A stretch of DNA of 57,999 nt from an uncultured Gammaproteobacteria bacterium. Its GTDB lineage: Bacteria > Patescibacteriota > Microgenomatia > UBA10105 > UBA927. Below, in pieces: positions 17,473 through 28,139 of this stretch. The stretch covers positions 5,224 to 63,222 of the forward strand of contig CAYLQG010000002.1 in NCBI GenBank assembly GCA_964385705.1, written 5' to 3'. A program made the translations under genes and the position numbers. The notes beneath the pieces are model-generated. The model had not been told where the DNA came from. It did no database searches and saw only the letters and a list, made by a program, of their open reading frames with translations. The first letter of the stretch is position 1. Every line of letters begins with the position of its first letter.

Positions 17473-19875
17473 ATGAAGCGGTTTATTCACAGTATTTATG
17501 CTCCCATATTGATACTAATCGCCGTAGTCTGTGTGTTTTTTTGGCCGGTTTTTGTAAAGGGCTACACGCCCTTTCCGGGAGACCTTCTCTTAACGCAATA
17601 TTCGCCGTGGCGCCATTCATCATACGGCGGATATGTCGCAGGAGCAATTCCGAGCAAAGATCAATATTTTGACGTCATCCGCGAATTATATCCATGGAAA
17701 ACACAGGTCGTGAGTGAGCTTAAAGCCGGAAAAATACCTCTGTGGAATCCCTATAACTTTTCTGGCGCGCCCCTCCTCGCGAATTATCAGTCCCAGGTAT
17801 TTTACCCACTCTCCGTTATTTATTTCATTGTTCCCCAAATTTCCGCGTGGACAATGATGGTCGTCAGTCAACCAATACTCGGATCCATTTTTATGTTCTT
17901 ATTCGCCTCTGAAATCGGACTCGCGACCGGTGCTGCGATCCTTGCCGCACTGTTGTTTAATTTTTCCAGTTTTGCGAGCGTTTGGATGGAATTTACAACC
18001 GTATGGCACACAATCCTATGGCTCCCGCTCTTTTTGTTTCTTGTCGAACGTGCCGTCAAACAAAAAAGGCTGTTATTTTGGCAGCAGATACTTTTTATGT
18101 TTGCATTATTTTCATCAATTACGGGAGGGCACCCTCAGGATTTCATTAATACGTTTATCATTTTTATTATCTACACAATATTCCGAGTAATGACCGCAAA
18201 GGGTTGGCCTATCAAAGAAAAAATCAACCTTCTACTAAACCCTTTATCCATCGTTATCCTAATTCCGTTCTGTCTTGCAGCCCCGCAACTACTTCCCACT
18301 ATAGAATTATTCCGTAACTCGGCCCGTGTCTCTCACGACTATATTTTTATCATTAACAACTTAATCGTACAGCTCTGGCAACTGCCTCTTCTGGTTGTTG
18401 CAGACTTCTTCGGTAATCCGACCACAAAATCAAATATATTCGGTGACTACATATTAAAAACATTATCCATCGGTGTATCCGGCTTCTATTTTGCCGCCGT
18501 TTCTCTCTTTTCCTCGGTCAAATCGTGGCATAAAACATTCTTTTTAAATACGGCAATTATTATCCTCTTGCTGACAGTCCGAAGCCCGATAAGTGAATTG
18601 TTTTATCATTTCCCGATACCTATTCTCTCAACGGGCACCCCTACACGAATCCTATTCGTACTCATGCTGTCCCTTTCGATACTGGCCGGTTTCGGATTCG
18701 ATGAAGCGCTGAAGCTTAAAAAAATCCCCTTCAGGGCTCTCTCGCTCGTCTGGTTCATTATCGTCCTTTTATGGATTTTCGTATTTAAGCATCCGATGAT
18801 TACCGGCACTTTGCTGACTCCGGCCGCAATCGGAACCATGAAGCGGTCAATGATCCTTGCAACTGGGATGCTTGGTATAATCAGCCTTGTCACGTGCGCA
18901 TCACTATATAGAAAGAAAATCCTGTATATCGCCGTGATCATCTGCATCGGCGAGCTTTTTTACAGTTTTACTAAATTTAACCCGGAAGTCCCGAAACTTT
19001 TCGCCTACCCCGAGAATAACTTGGTTTCCTTCCTTAAGACTCATACCGGTATCAATCGTTTTTGGGGCTATGGGACTGCTCAGATTGAGGCTAATTTTGC
19101 CACCCAGGTAGACCTGTTCTCACCTGACGGCACAGACCCCCTTAACCTCGCATGGTATAACCAATTAATACAGGCAAGCACAGATGGTAAGGTCGCCACA
19201 TCATTTAATAGGACGACGCGGTCGGACGCACAGCTTTTACCGGGATACGGGGAGGACAACCTGCCGGAGAACAAATTCCGACTCAAGCTTCTGGATGTAA
19301 TGGGAGTAAAGTATATATTGGACAGGGCTGAAAATCCCCAAAATAGTAACACGTTCCCCAGTGTGAGATACAAGGAAGTATGGCATCAGAATGACTGGAT
19401 CGTGTATGAAAATTTATTTGCTGCTCCGCGCTACTTTACTACTAGCGATGTACGGCCATATACCGATGATAAAGATTTTCAAAATAAGTTTTTTGCGGAC
19501 AGCTTTAACCCGAATAAAACGGTTCTTGTTGCTGCCTATGATTACAAATCAATACCAAAGTTAACTCAAAACCCCTCCCGGGTAACGTTACTATCATATG
19601 CTCCTCAAAATATAGAATTTCAGGTTACGACTGATTCCACGCAGTTTTTATATATCAGTGATACGTATGATTATGGTTGGAAAGCAGAGGTAAACAATAA
19701 GCCTGCACGTGTTTATAAAGCAAATTATGCGTTCCGCGGAGTCATGGTGCCCAAGGGAGTTTCCAAAGTTTCATTCACCTATCAGCCGCAATCCTTTTCA
19801 ACCGGGGTTGCGGTAAGTGCGATAACGGCATTTATATTGATACTGTATTTAACTTATCTAAAGCGTAAAAAATAA
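17473..19875 (+). CDS. YfhO-family membrane glycosyltransferase (GT-C)
   Basis: 800 aa. Motif: FPGDLLLTQYSPWRH...FDVIRELYPWKTQVVSELKAGKIPLWNPYNFSGAPLLANYQSQVFYPL. C-terminal YDYGWKAEVNNKPARVYKANYAFRGVMVPKGVSKVSFTY plus a terminal TM helix. Confidence 0.75.
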   Translation: MKRFIHSIYAPILILIAVVCVFFWPVFVKGYTPFPGDLLLTQYSPWRHSSYGGYVAGAIPSKDQYFDVIRELYPWKTQVVSELKAGKIPLWNPYNFSGAPLLANYQSQVFYPLSVIYFIVPQISAWTMMVVSQPILGSIFMFLFASEIGLATGAAILAALLFNFSSFASVWMEFTTVWHTILWLPLFLFLVERAVKQKRLLFWQQILFMFALFSSITGGHPQDFINTFIIFIIYTIFRVMTAKGWPIKEKINLLLNPLSIVILIPFCLAAPQLLPTIELFRNSARVSHDYIFIINNLIVQLWQLPLLVVADFFGNPTTKSNIFGDYILKTLSIGVSGFYFAAVSLFSSVKSWHKTFFLNTAIIILLLTVRSPISELFYHFPIPILSTGTPTRILFVLMLSLSILAGFGFDEALKLKKIPFRALSLVWFIIVLLWIFVFKHPMITGTLLTPAAIGTMKRSMILATGMLGIISLVTCASLYRKKILYIAVIICIGELFYSFTKFNPEVPKLFAYPENNLVSFLKTHTGINRFWGYGTAQIEANFATQVDLFSPDGTDPLNLAWYNQLIQASTDGKVATSFNRTTRSDAQLLPGYGEDNLPENKFRLKLLDVMGVKYILDRAENPQNSNTFPSVRYKEVWHQNDWIVYENLFAAPRYFTTSDVRPYTDDKDFQNKFFADSFNPNKTVLVAAYDYKSIPKLTQNPSRVTLLSYAPQNIEFQVTTDSTQFLYISDTYDYGWKAEVNNKPARVYKANYAFRGVMVPKGVSKVSFTYQPQSFSTGVAVSAITAFILILYLTYLKRKK

Positions 19876-19923
19876 AATAGCTGCATTTGTTAAGAGGAAA
19901 CCTGCGTCTCGCACGGGTACATT

Positions 19924-21465
19924 ATGAAAAATCGTTCAAAAGACGGGTGGATCCAAAGATATTGGTATCGTGCATGCGCCGGGCTTATTATTGTTATCGC
20001 CTTTTTCCTCCGGTTTTATAACTATACAAGTCGGTTTGCCTTTGCCGGCGACCAGGCGAGGGACGCTTTAGTGGCACGGGAGGCACTCAGACATCTCACC
20101 CTTCCACTGCTCGGGCCGTTTTCATCTGCCGGGAATTTCACTACCGGTTTTATATGGTACACGTGGTTAACACTCTCTACGGCGATATTCCCCAAGAGCA
20201 TATTAACCCCTTGGATCGTCCTCTCATTGACCTACGTGGGGATCGTAGCAGTCATGATGGTGATCGGCCATAAATTGTTCGGGAAAACATTTAGTCTTAT
20301 TGTCGGTTTGTATACCGCCGTTGCTCCAGCGCAGATAATTCAGAGTCTCAATATAACCAACCCATCGCTCGTTGCGGTATTCTCAGCTCTCGCGTTATTG
20401 TTTGTGGTTAATTATCTGGACAATGGCGGTTATGGCAGTATGTTCTTACTTGCAAGCTCAATAAGTCTCGCTATAAGCGCCCATTTTCAGGCGTTATATT
20501 TAGTCATCCTGGTGCCTTTCGTCCTTGTCGTTCGCAAAGCCGATTTTAAGGCTTATGTAATCGCGTTGGTAGGACTATTATGGCCATTCATCCCCTACGT
20601 TCTCGTTGATTCCCGTATCGGATATTACAATCTGCGCGGAATTGTTGACTATGCGCTTTACGGTCAAAATAAAATTTATGTTCCGAATCGCTGGCTGACA
20701 TATGCTTTCAAATTTGTGCCGGATTTGTGGAGCCAGATTATCGGAGGAACCACAATTATCGGATTTATCATTATCCTACTTACCGGAATAACAATACTTG
20801 TAACGGCCACACGGAGAATCATTACGAAATCATTCTTTGTAATAAGCACATGTACGCTCTTCATAATGATTATGCTCCGGTACTATAAAGGGGAACGCTA
20901 TTTCGGGTATTTTGTGTTTCTGCATCCGTTTATTCTTATCCTCACGGCATGGGTAAGTTACGAATGTTTAAAATTGAATAAATTGTTGGGAATACTTCTT
21001 ATAGCCATAATTGTCGGCGGAAGTATGTATGTAAATTACGGTAATATTGTAAACGCCGTAAATTACACGTACGATCAAACAAGATACTGGACAAATGTGC
21101 TGACAAAAAAATATCCAGATAAAAAATTCGATGTCTATTCAGTCGGTAATCAACCGAACTTTAAGGGGATTTCACTTGTATTGTATCTGGATTCGGCAGA
21201 TAAAATTGACGATAAAGGATATAAAATCGGTTTCGGAGGGACGCCAAAAGGCGAGGCCAGACATTACACGCTCTTAAAAGAAAATACGAATACCTATGAT
21301 ATTTGGGATCTCAACAGCAGCCCATCGGCAAAATTGCGGAAAGTCGGATGGCGTAATATTAATCCGAGTTATATTTATCAATCAACGACCGCGTGGTATA
21401 CAAAAATACATAATGGCAAAGGGTTTAAGCAGGTAATCGACCTTATTCTCTCAAAGTTTAAATAA
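19924..21465 (+). CDS. polytopic membrane protein, divergent ArnT/PMT_2-like (group D)
   Basis: 513 aa. Motif: FAFAGDQARDALVAREALRHLTLPLLGPFSSAGNFTTGFIWYTW. Same architecture as 10784 and 47500. Confidence 0.6.
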   Translation: MKNRSKDGWIQRYWYRACAGLIIVIAFFLRFYNYTSRFAFAGDQARDALVAREALRHLTLPLLGPFSSAGNFTTGFIWYTWLTLSTAIFPKSILTPWIVLSLTYVGIVAVMMVIGHKLFGKTFSLIVGLYTAVAPAQIIQSLNITNPSLVAVFSALALLFVVNYLDNGGYGSMFLLASSISLAISAHFQALYLVILVPFVLVVRKADFKAYVIALVGLLWPFIPYVLVDSRIGYYNLRGIVDYALYGQNKIYVPNRWLTYAFKFVPDLWSQIIGGTTIIGFIIILLTGITILVTATRRIITKSFFVISTCTLFIMIMLRYYKGERYFGYFVFLHPFILILTAWVSYECLKLNKLLGILLIAIIVGGSMYVNYGNIVNAVNYTYDQTRYWTNVLTKKYPDKKFDVYSVGNQPNFKGISLVLYLDSADKIDDKGYKIGFGGTPKGEARHYTLLKENTNTYDIWDLNSSPSAKLRKVGWRNINPSYIYQSTTAWYTKIHNGKGFKQVIDLILSKFK

Positions 21466-21466
21466 T

Positions 21467-23194
21467 ATGACCGCACAATGGCGCTTCCTGAAAGAGTATA
21501 AAGTACTTATTATTATTATCCTTCTCTCGTCCCTACTACGATTTGTCGGACTCGATAAGATTCCAACGGCAATCACCGGAGACGAACTTCTTTACGCGGT
21601 AACCGCAAAAGCCGTATATTTAACCGGGCACGATATATCAGGTAAATGGAACCCTTTATCAATTTTCGTCTTTCAATATCCTCCGGGTGAACACCAGGCG
21701 GAGCTTCCGTATTTTATTCACCTGGCATTCAGCGGTCCTTTCCCCTTTTCGTTATTTATGGCGAAACTCCCGTTCGCGTTATTAAGCATGGGAATCGTAA
21801 TCCTTATATATAAAATTGCCGGATATTTATTTGACAAAGAAACGGCGGAAGTTGCGGGATTAATAGCCGCAATAAATCCATGGCTTATCGTGATGGGCAG
21901 AACCGCATATGAGTCGACTCCTTCAACGTTTTTCTATCTTTTGTCTTTATATCTGTTACTAAAATTACGATCATGGAACGTTCTATGGAGCCTAATCCCC
22001 CTCCTCTTGGCCTTCTATTCCTATATAGGAACGAAGCTGATCTTTATTCCGTTTACACTTATTGCTTTATTTTTGACGTATGAAATAAATGCCCATCGAT
22101 TTAAAAAAATATATATAACGGAGTTTGCCATATGCTTGTGTTTTGTGATCGGTTACCTCTTACTTCTCTTTACATCGTCAGGAACTTCACGGATTTCGGA
22201 ACTCGTTTTTCCGAACTCGCTAATAATAAAAAATCTCGTAGATGCGACAAGGACGGCGACAGTCCAGACTCCTTTTCTTTCGCTTTTCGTTAATAAATAT
22301 ACGGTATATATTCAACTCCTAATGGAAAAACTGATGAGGATATTTTCTCCCTCGTATTTATTTATTGAGGGCGATCAGTTTTTCTTACCCGTTAAACAGA
22401 GTTTTTTCTATGCAATTGACTTCATATTTATTATTCTCGGATCTTTATATTTGTTTGCACAACGGAAAAAAACACTACTCGCACTAGCATCTTTTATTCT
22501 AATAGGCACTTTTCCTCACATATTTCACGAGACGCAGGGAGATTTCTCAGGACATCTCGCATTAATGTTCCCATTCCTTATTCTATTAATTGCTGTCGGA
22601 ATCTCGGAGATCATCAGTAGCATGCCAAAAATGTATCGGGCAGCAACAGCGATAACGATCATTCTTCTGTATTGTTTCAGTCTTCTAGGCTTCAGTGTCG
22701 CCTATTTTTACCAATACCCGCTTGTCGGAGCCGGCGACTTTCATATGCGCGTCTTGTCCCGTTATTTAAGCTTAAACCGATCGACGGCTAAACAAATAAC
22801 GGTTTACACGACGACGAGCAGCGATCTTCTAAAGAAATACATTTTTTACACGAATAGCATGAATAAGCAAACTATGCCGGAATTGAGACGTATTTATTTA
22901 CATGAGAGCAATACTGAATTTCAAAATATCCGATTCGTATCCTGTGATAACACGATAAAATCAAACAACAACGATAATCTGTTTATTTATGACGTTAAAT
23001 GCGGAATGAATATAGCTTCACCTCATATTCAAATTTCACGACTCACTGACGCCGGAGGGATTTATGAAATCTACAATGACACACTCTGTTCCAAATACGG
23101 GCTAAATCATTATCCAATGGGTGTGAAAACATCTGATTTTAGCGTTGAGAACCTGTCAACGACGCGTTTTTGCAAAATATATTTCAATAATTAA
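21467..23194 (+). CDS. PMT_2 / ArnT-like membrane glycosyltransferase (divergent)
   Basis: 575 aa. Motifs: IPTAITGDELLYAVTAKAVYLTGHDISGKW and INPWLIVMGRTAYESTPSTFFYLL. The second parallels ISPWHIQFSRVAFEAN of the GT39 paralogs. Confidence 0.65.
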   Translation: MTAQWRFLKEYKVLIIIILLSSLLRFVGLDKIPTAITGDELLYAVTAKAVYLTGHDISGKWNPLSIFVFQYPPGEHQAELPYFIHLAFSGPFPFSLFMAKLPFALLSMGIVILIYKIAGYLFDKETAEVAGLIAAINPWLIVMGRTAYESTPSTFFYLLSLYLLLKLRSWNVLWSLIPLLLAFYSYIGTKLIFIPFTLIALFLTYEINAHRFKKIYITEFAICLCFVIGYLLLLFTSSGTSRISELVFPNSLIIKNLVDATRTATVQTPFLSLFVNKYTVYIQLLMEKLMRIFSPSYLFIEGDQFFLPVKQSFFYAIDFIFIILGSLYLFAQRKKTLLALASFILIGTFPHIFHETQGDFSGHLALMFPFLILLIAVGISEIISSMPKMYRAATAITIILLYCFSLLGFSVAYFYQYPLVGAGDFHMRVLSRYLSLNRSTAKQITVYTTTSSDLLKKYIFYTNSMNKQTMPELRRIYLHESNTEFQNIRFVSCDNTIKSNNNDNLFIYDVKCGMNIASPHIQISRLTDAGGIYEIYNDTLCSKYGLNHYPMGVKTSDFSVENLSTTRFCKIYFNN

Positions 23195-23215
23195 CGAAGA
23201 AGAAAAGTCACCACG

Positions 23216-24883
23216 CTAATTTAAATGAGGAAGATTACCCGCTTCATTCCATTTCGTTTTGGATACGGCACCGCTGATGACATATGCGCTTTCGCCGGTC
23301 GGATACGAAATGGTAACAAGTGGTATGGCGCCGGGAAGAACTTCCGAAGGAGTTCCGATATATAATGCATGCGGATCCAGAGGAACGCCCGTTTTCATAA
23401 ATGTGTGAAATTCATATTTATCAAACGCATTTCGTTCCTCATCAAACTTTCCGGATTTTGTCCCCCCAAATGAGAGGTATTTAGCAGGATCATAACGTAA
23501 ATAATAAAGAAAGAACATATAAGGTTCATCCAGCGTTGTCGACACTATGACTTTATCAAACCTACCCTGCATCAGACGGACATCTGAAACGACCTGTTCA
23601 TGACCGTACTGCCATTCCTGAGCGTCATCGATGGGCGCGTGGACGTAATATTGGTGTAGATAATAATAAAAATTTGCAGCAATAATAACCAGACATACGC
23701 CGAGGATAAGCTTTCCAAAACTCTTGTTTTCTGCTACGAATCGCAAATACAAATCCCAAAGCCCTATTGCAACAAATATTTGAAGCGTAGGGAGAAATAC
23801 CAGAGTTCTCACCGGCTGAGGAAGCATTTGAGTCGGTGCGGCAGCAATTGGAGCAAACAAGAACCACAATAGAACAACCCATTTCTCCTTGCCTTTTTTG
23901 TTCGCCACCATGTGAATGCCATACAGAAGGAACGGGAGTTCCCAAATATAAAGAAGACCGACTCCTGGTACATGATATTTTCCCTGGGCTATTTCTGAAA
24001 AAAAGAAATTCGGGTTATAGTGATCTAAGTATCCCTTTATAAAGATTGATGAGTTCACGAGCCGCTGATTGTGAAGTATGTTTGAAAACGGAATACCTTC
24101 GCGAATGTCTGTGAGTCTCCACAAAGCATTTCGCTGTGTTAAAGCAGGATCATCAAGAGCGCTCACACCCTTAGCACGTACGAGCCCGGTTGATGAAAGT
24201 GACAATACGAGAAGCGGCAGAGAGATGAGGAATAAAAGCAATAATCCGACGCCTATACGGACCTTTTGCTTCAGCAATGATTGATAATAAAGAATTAAGA
24301 AACTTAAAACTATCAGAGGGACAAATACCCGTGAACTGTGATATGACCATACAGATATCGCAAGCGACACGAACCCCCATATATACATTTTGGGACGCTC
24401 CCTGCCGTTTAATAGCAATGTCATTCCAAGTACGATGAAAAATACGGCGATATTTGCTTCATATGCTGATCGGGAAAATTGTAGATGCCACGGGGAAATT
24501 GCAAGAAGAAAACTTGCGATAAGGGCATTATTTGTATCACCAAACAGTGCGACGACTAAAAAATATGTTGCCGCTACTGTTAGGGTGCCCAATAATGCTG
24601 AAAGGAGTCTGACGCTAAAATTACTTAAACCCAATACGGCAACACTGGGGACGGTCAAATAGATATATACCGGGAGTTTATAGTCATCAAACGATTGAAA
24701 TAAAAGCGGAAACTTTTGCGCATATTCATCCCTGCCGGTTTTTAAAATCGAATACGCATTGTAACCAATCGCCGCTTCGTCTGAATTCATGCTCGCGGGA
24801 TTTTCTCCTAATTGATAAAACCGCAGAAATCCTGCGAATATAATAATAATTATTAATACAACCCACGTTTTAGTAAATTTCAT
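23216..24883 (-). CDS. GT39 / PMT_2 (ArnT-like) membrane glycosyltransferase
   Basis: 555 aa. Motifs: SMNSDEAAIGYNAYSILKTGRDEYAQKFPLLFQSFDDYKLPVYIYLTVP, ISPWHLQFSRSAYEANIAV and EWQYGHEQV...PYMFFLYYLRYDPAKY. Confidence 0.8.
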   Translation of the reverse strand: MKFTKTWVVLIIIIIFAGFLRFYQLGENPASMNSDEAAIGYNAYSILKTGRDEYAQKFPLLFQSFDDYKLPVYIYLTVPSVAVLGLSNFSVRLLSALLGTLTVAATYFLVVALFGDTNNALIASFLLAISPWHLQFSRSAYEANIAVFFIVLGMTLLLNGRERPKMYIWGFVSLAISVWSYHSSRVFVPLIVLSFLILYYQSLLKQKVRIGVGLLLLFLISLPLLVLSLSSTGLVRAKGVSALDDPALTQRNALWRLTDIREGIPFSNILHNQRLVNSSIFIKGYLDHYNPNFFFSEIAQGKYHVPGVGLLYIWELPFLLYGIHMVANKKGKEKWVVLLWFLFAPIAAAPTQMLPQPVRTLVFLPTLQIFVAIGLWDLYLRFVAENKSFGKLILGVCLVIIAANFYYYLHQYYVHAPIDDAQEWQYGHEQVVSDVRLMQGRFDKVIVSTTLDEPYMFFLYYLRYDPAKYLSFGGTKSGKFDEERNAFDKYEFHTFMKTGVPLDPHALYIGTPSEVLPGAIPLVTISYPTGESAYVISGAVSKTKWNEAGNLPHLN

Positions 24884-24920
24884 GAAAGTCCAATAAAATT
24901 AATAACATTCGCTTTCTTAA

Positions 24921-26582
24921 TTATTTAACCGGTGTTGTATTTATAAATTGATTATTGGATACAAGAATAAACGCAAGAGAACCATCTTCCCGGTATATCT
25001 TCCTCTGTTTGAACACTGTGGGAATATCGCATGTACCATTATCGACATATAAAATGCGTCCTGTTTTAGGAAGTCTTGCATCTCCATTAATTGACGGACA
25101 GATTTCAGGTACAAAAATAAACTTACCGAAACCGCCAAAATCAGGGTCTTTTGGAGATCCTTCTTTTTGATATGTCGAAGGGTCATATTGCATAAAGAAA
25201 AGAACATGCGGATACATGCCTCCTGCGGTTTTCGATATAATAACATGATCATAGTTGTTGTATTCTTTTTTAACTGCTAAAACCATTTCCTTAAACCCAT
25301 TAAACCTATATATCGTCACATGTACAGCTGCGTGGACAAAATACTGATGGAGAAAAAAGACAAAATTATATGCTATTACAATGCTCAGGAATATGGTAGC
25401 AATTAGTTTTTTACTTTTGGGGATAAAATATAGAACTTTAAAGAATCCGTACGCCGCAAGAATCTCAAACATTGGAAACATAACCATGACACGCTGAACA
25501 TTAGGTATATCATCAGTTGTTATTGCCGCCACGAGAGGAGCTACAAATAGCCAAAGTATAGGCAGCTTTAATAAGAGGTCATCCTGAGTCAATAGATAGA
25601 CAAAGCCGATTACGATAAAAGGCAATTCAAATAGATTGAGCATTCCAATACTCGGAACGTTATACCAAAGAGGTTTCCCCCCCTTTAAGAACAGGAAACT
25701 TCCGGTAAAATAGTCAAAATAATTAGATATGTATGTGTAAGAATAATTGATAATCTTATTGTGGAAAAATCTTGCAATATCTGGCGACACTCCCTTCACA
25801 CCGTCCTCTCTAAATTGTTCTTCCATAACAAGCCTAGTCTCCGGCGAACCAAAAACACTTACCTGACTAAATCGGGCCGTCCCTCCTTTAATTACAAAAA
25901 CCAACAGAAATGATACAAACGATAAGACGATAAAACATACAATTGAGGTCACAATAATTTTTTTTGGATATATACTTGCCTTCTTTATTAATACTGCAAA
26001 GATGCAAAGTATAAGCAGTGGAACGAAAACACGGGGTGTATGATAGAACTGAAAGCTTAGAATAAGTGAAATAAATCCGGGTATTAAGAATCTGGTATTT
26101 TTATTTCGAAGACTATAAAAAATGCATGTAAACCCGGCGATTATAAAAAATAGCGCAACAATAGCTTCAGCGCTCGCACGGGAAGAAACCACATGCCATG
26201 GGGAAATAGCAATCAAAAAACTACTGAATAATGCTAATTTTCTGTCTTTAAATAATGCAAAAACAAAAAAATAAAAGACTATAACAGTAAGCGTTCCAAA
26301 GACAGCTCCGGGCAACCTGGTGGCGAATTCGTTTAGGCCGAAAATAGCAATCGGAATTATTGTGAGATAGTGATAGCCCGAAGGGCGATTATCTCCAAAC
26401 ATATCAATATATAAGGGGAACCTATGACCATGTTCATCTTTACCCGTTTTAAGCATGGAATACCCGTTATATCCGAGAGATGCTTCGTCTATGTGGAACC
26501 CAACCGGGTAACGACCTAACTGGTATATTCGAAGAAATCCAGCTCCCAAGACAATTAATAATAACAAAATATAATACTTCAT
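24921..26582 (-). CDS. GT39 / PMT_2 (ArnT-like) membrane glycosyltransferase, tandem paralog
   Basis: Motifs: FHIDEASLGYNGYSMLKTGKDEHGHRFPLYIDMFGDNRPSGYHYL, ISPWHVVSSRASAEAIVAL and VLFFMQYDPSTY. The ORF-track start at 26600 is a GTG overlapping the upstream stop (GTGA). I prefer the ATG at 26582 (MKYYILLLLIV...), but either is possible. Confidence 0.75.
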   Translation of the reverse strand: MKYYILLLLIVLGAGFLRIYQLGRYPVGFHIDEASLGYNGYSMLKTGKDEHGHRFPLYIDMFGDNRPSGYHYLTIIPIAIFGLNEFATRLPGAVFGTLTVIVFYFFVFALFKDRKLALFSSFLIAISPWHVVSSRASAEAIVALFFIIAGFTCIFYSLRNKNTRFLIPGFISLILSFQFYHTPRVFVPLLILCIFAVLIKKASIYPKKIIVTSIVCFIVLSFVSFLLVFVIKGGTARFSQVSVFGSPETRLVMEEQFREDGVKGVSPDIARFFHNKIINYSYTYISNYFDYFTGSFLFLKGGKPLWYNVPSIGMLNLFELPFIVIGFVYLLTQDDLLLKLPILWLFVAPLVAAITTDDIPNVQRVMVMFPMFEILAAYGFFKVLYFIPKSKKLIATIFLSIVIAYNFVFFLHQYFVHAAVHVTIYRFNGFKEMVLAVKKEYNNYDHVIISKTAGGMYPHVLFFMQYDPSTYQKEGSPKDPDFGGFGKFIFVPEICPSINGDARLPKTGRILYVDNGTCDIPTVFKQRKIYREDGSLAFILVSNNQFINTTPVK

Positions 26583-26596
26583 GGTGGCTGCGGTTA

Positions 26597-28129
26597 TCAC
26601 TTTTTTAAATTATACACATTTACCAGAGAAACGCCATCAACGGTTACGGAATATACCGGTTTTTTTGTGGCCACTACTTTTGCTATAAATGGATCTTGTA
26701 TAAACAACCCCTGTCGCATAAGAACGACTGCATATTTACAAACATCCCGACCCGCCTGGAACACAACCCCTGGTTCTATCTGACCCATCGCCTGATAATA
26801 ATAAAACACTGACGTTGTTGGACTAACACACATCATATCGTTTTTATGATCGTTCATCCATGGTAAAACTCCTAAGTACCCATTCCCCCAAAATTCAGTT
26901 TCAAATCCGTATCGCGATGCGCCTGAAATACCTCCTACGAGCTCATTGTAATAGGCTGATTCCCAGGGATGAATGCGGATAACCGATTGATAAACTGTTG
27001 CAATCCAAAGGAGCACAATAATAGTTAGTCCGATAATGCGCATGCGCCGACCGATTGATTTGATAATGACAGCCATCCCCCTCCCTGCTACGAGGCAGGC
27101 GAATGGAAACGCAGCTAAAAAAAGACGCACCCAATCATATCTATAGACAAAAGGAGCTGAGAAAAATATGATTGGAAAAAGAGCATTAGCAAGCATCAAT
27201 CTATCCCATATCCGACCCTTCACTACTGCGTAAATTCCGCCGATGAAAAAGAATATAAGTACGAATAGTGGTGTAGTCGTGAGAAACATGAGGGGCGTAT
27301 ACCACCAACCGACCCGCTTATATGTTTGTCCCAGTACAAAAACCGGTACGCTATCATGCGTAAGTTGCAAACGAAAATACTCAGCCAAATGATTGAATGG
27401 CATCCTCCAAAGCCACGGCCAGCCAACAACGTATATTACGATTGCCACACCAATTAAATATATGAGTTTTTTAAGTGCTTCAATCCGTTCTTTTGTTTTA
27501 TGCTTACGATTAAATAGCTTGCGAAAATACCATAGCCAATAGAGACCGATGGGACCTAAGAATAAATACCCGTGTAACTTCGTTAGCAGGGCTAATCCCC
27601 CGGTGATCGCAGAAACTGTCAACCATTTATAGCTCTTCATTCCTTTGGCAGCGGCTGCTACTGCGATAAACCACATAGCGGCTATTGCATAGTCCATAGT
27701 CACGAGTGGTGTTAAAAACAATACATGCGGCAGTAGCGAATACATGAACGGGACCAATATTCCGATACTATATCCGAACTGACCAATGGCAATGTACGTA
27801 AAGGCCAAAATAAACGGGAAAACAAATAATAAGGATGAAATGCGATAACCCCGCGTATTATCTATCACGTGCAGACGGGTAGTCAGTAATTCGTGTGTAA
27901 GACCGGCAACGAGTTTGCGAAACGGCGGATGGACATCATCAATCGTTACTCCGAAAAATTTATCAACATTGGTCATTCTGGGTTTCATAAACCAGGCGAC
28001 GTATTTATCTCCGTTTGCAAAATGGATCGGTTCATCCCACGTTATACCGAAATCGTTGAGGAGAACAAATATAAGAAACGAGATTATAGAAGCGACAATA
28101 AGGGAAGTTATAAACCGTTTTCGATCCAT
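26597..28129 (-). CDS. PMT_2 / ArnT-like membrane glycosyltransferase (divergent)
   Basis: The ORF track extends to 28207 and would overlap the upstream GT2. The ATG at 28129 (MDRKRFITSLIVAS...) lies 10 nt after that gene's stop. Motif: FGITWDEPIHFANGDKYVAWF...DDVHPPFRKLVAG. Confidence 0.65.
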   Translation of the reverse strand: MDRKRFITSLIVASIISFLIFVLLNDFGITWDEPIHFANGDKYVAWFMKPRMTNVDKFFGVTIDDVHPPFRKLVAGLTHELLTTRLHVIDNTRGYRISSLLFVFPFILAFTYIAIGQFGYSIGILVPFMYSLLPHVLFLTPLVTMDYAIAAMWFIAVAAAAKGMKSYKWLTVSAITGGLALLTKLHGYLFLGPIGLYWLWYFRKLFNRKHKTKERIEALKKLIYLIGVAIVIYVVGWPWLWRMPFNHLAEYFRLQLTHDSVPVFVLGQTYKRVGWWYTPLMFLTTTPLFVLIFFFIGGIYAVVKGRIWDRLMLANALFPIIFFSAPFVYRYDWVRLFLAAFPFACLVAGRGMAVIIKSIGRRMRIIGLTIIVLLWIATVYQSVIRIHPWESAYYNELVGGISGASRYGFETEFWGNGYLGVLPWMNDHKNDMMCVSPTTSVFYYYQAMGQIEPGVVFQAGRDVCKYAVVLMRQGLFIQDPFIAKVVATKKPVYSVTVDGVSLVNVYNLKK

Positions 28130-28139
28130 ATCGTTGGAA

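Noticed and set aside
12329-26600. Concern that the paralog arrays are an assembly artefact (collapsed or duplicated repeats).
   Set aside because: The paralogs are clearly diverged at nucleotide level. The longest exact shared string I found is 23 nt, and every copy keeps an intact long ORF. Mis-assembly is unlikely, though coverage data would be needed to be sure.
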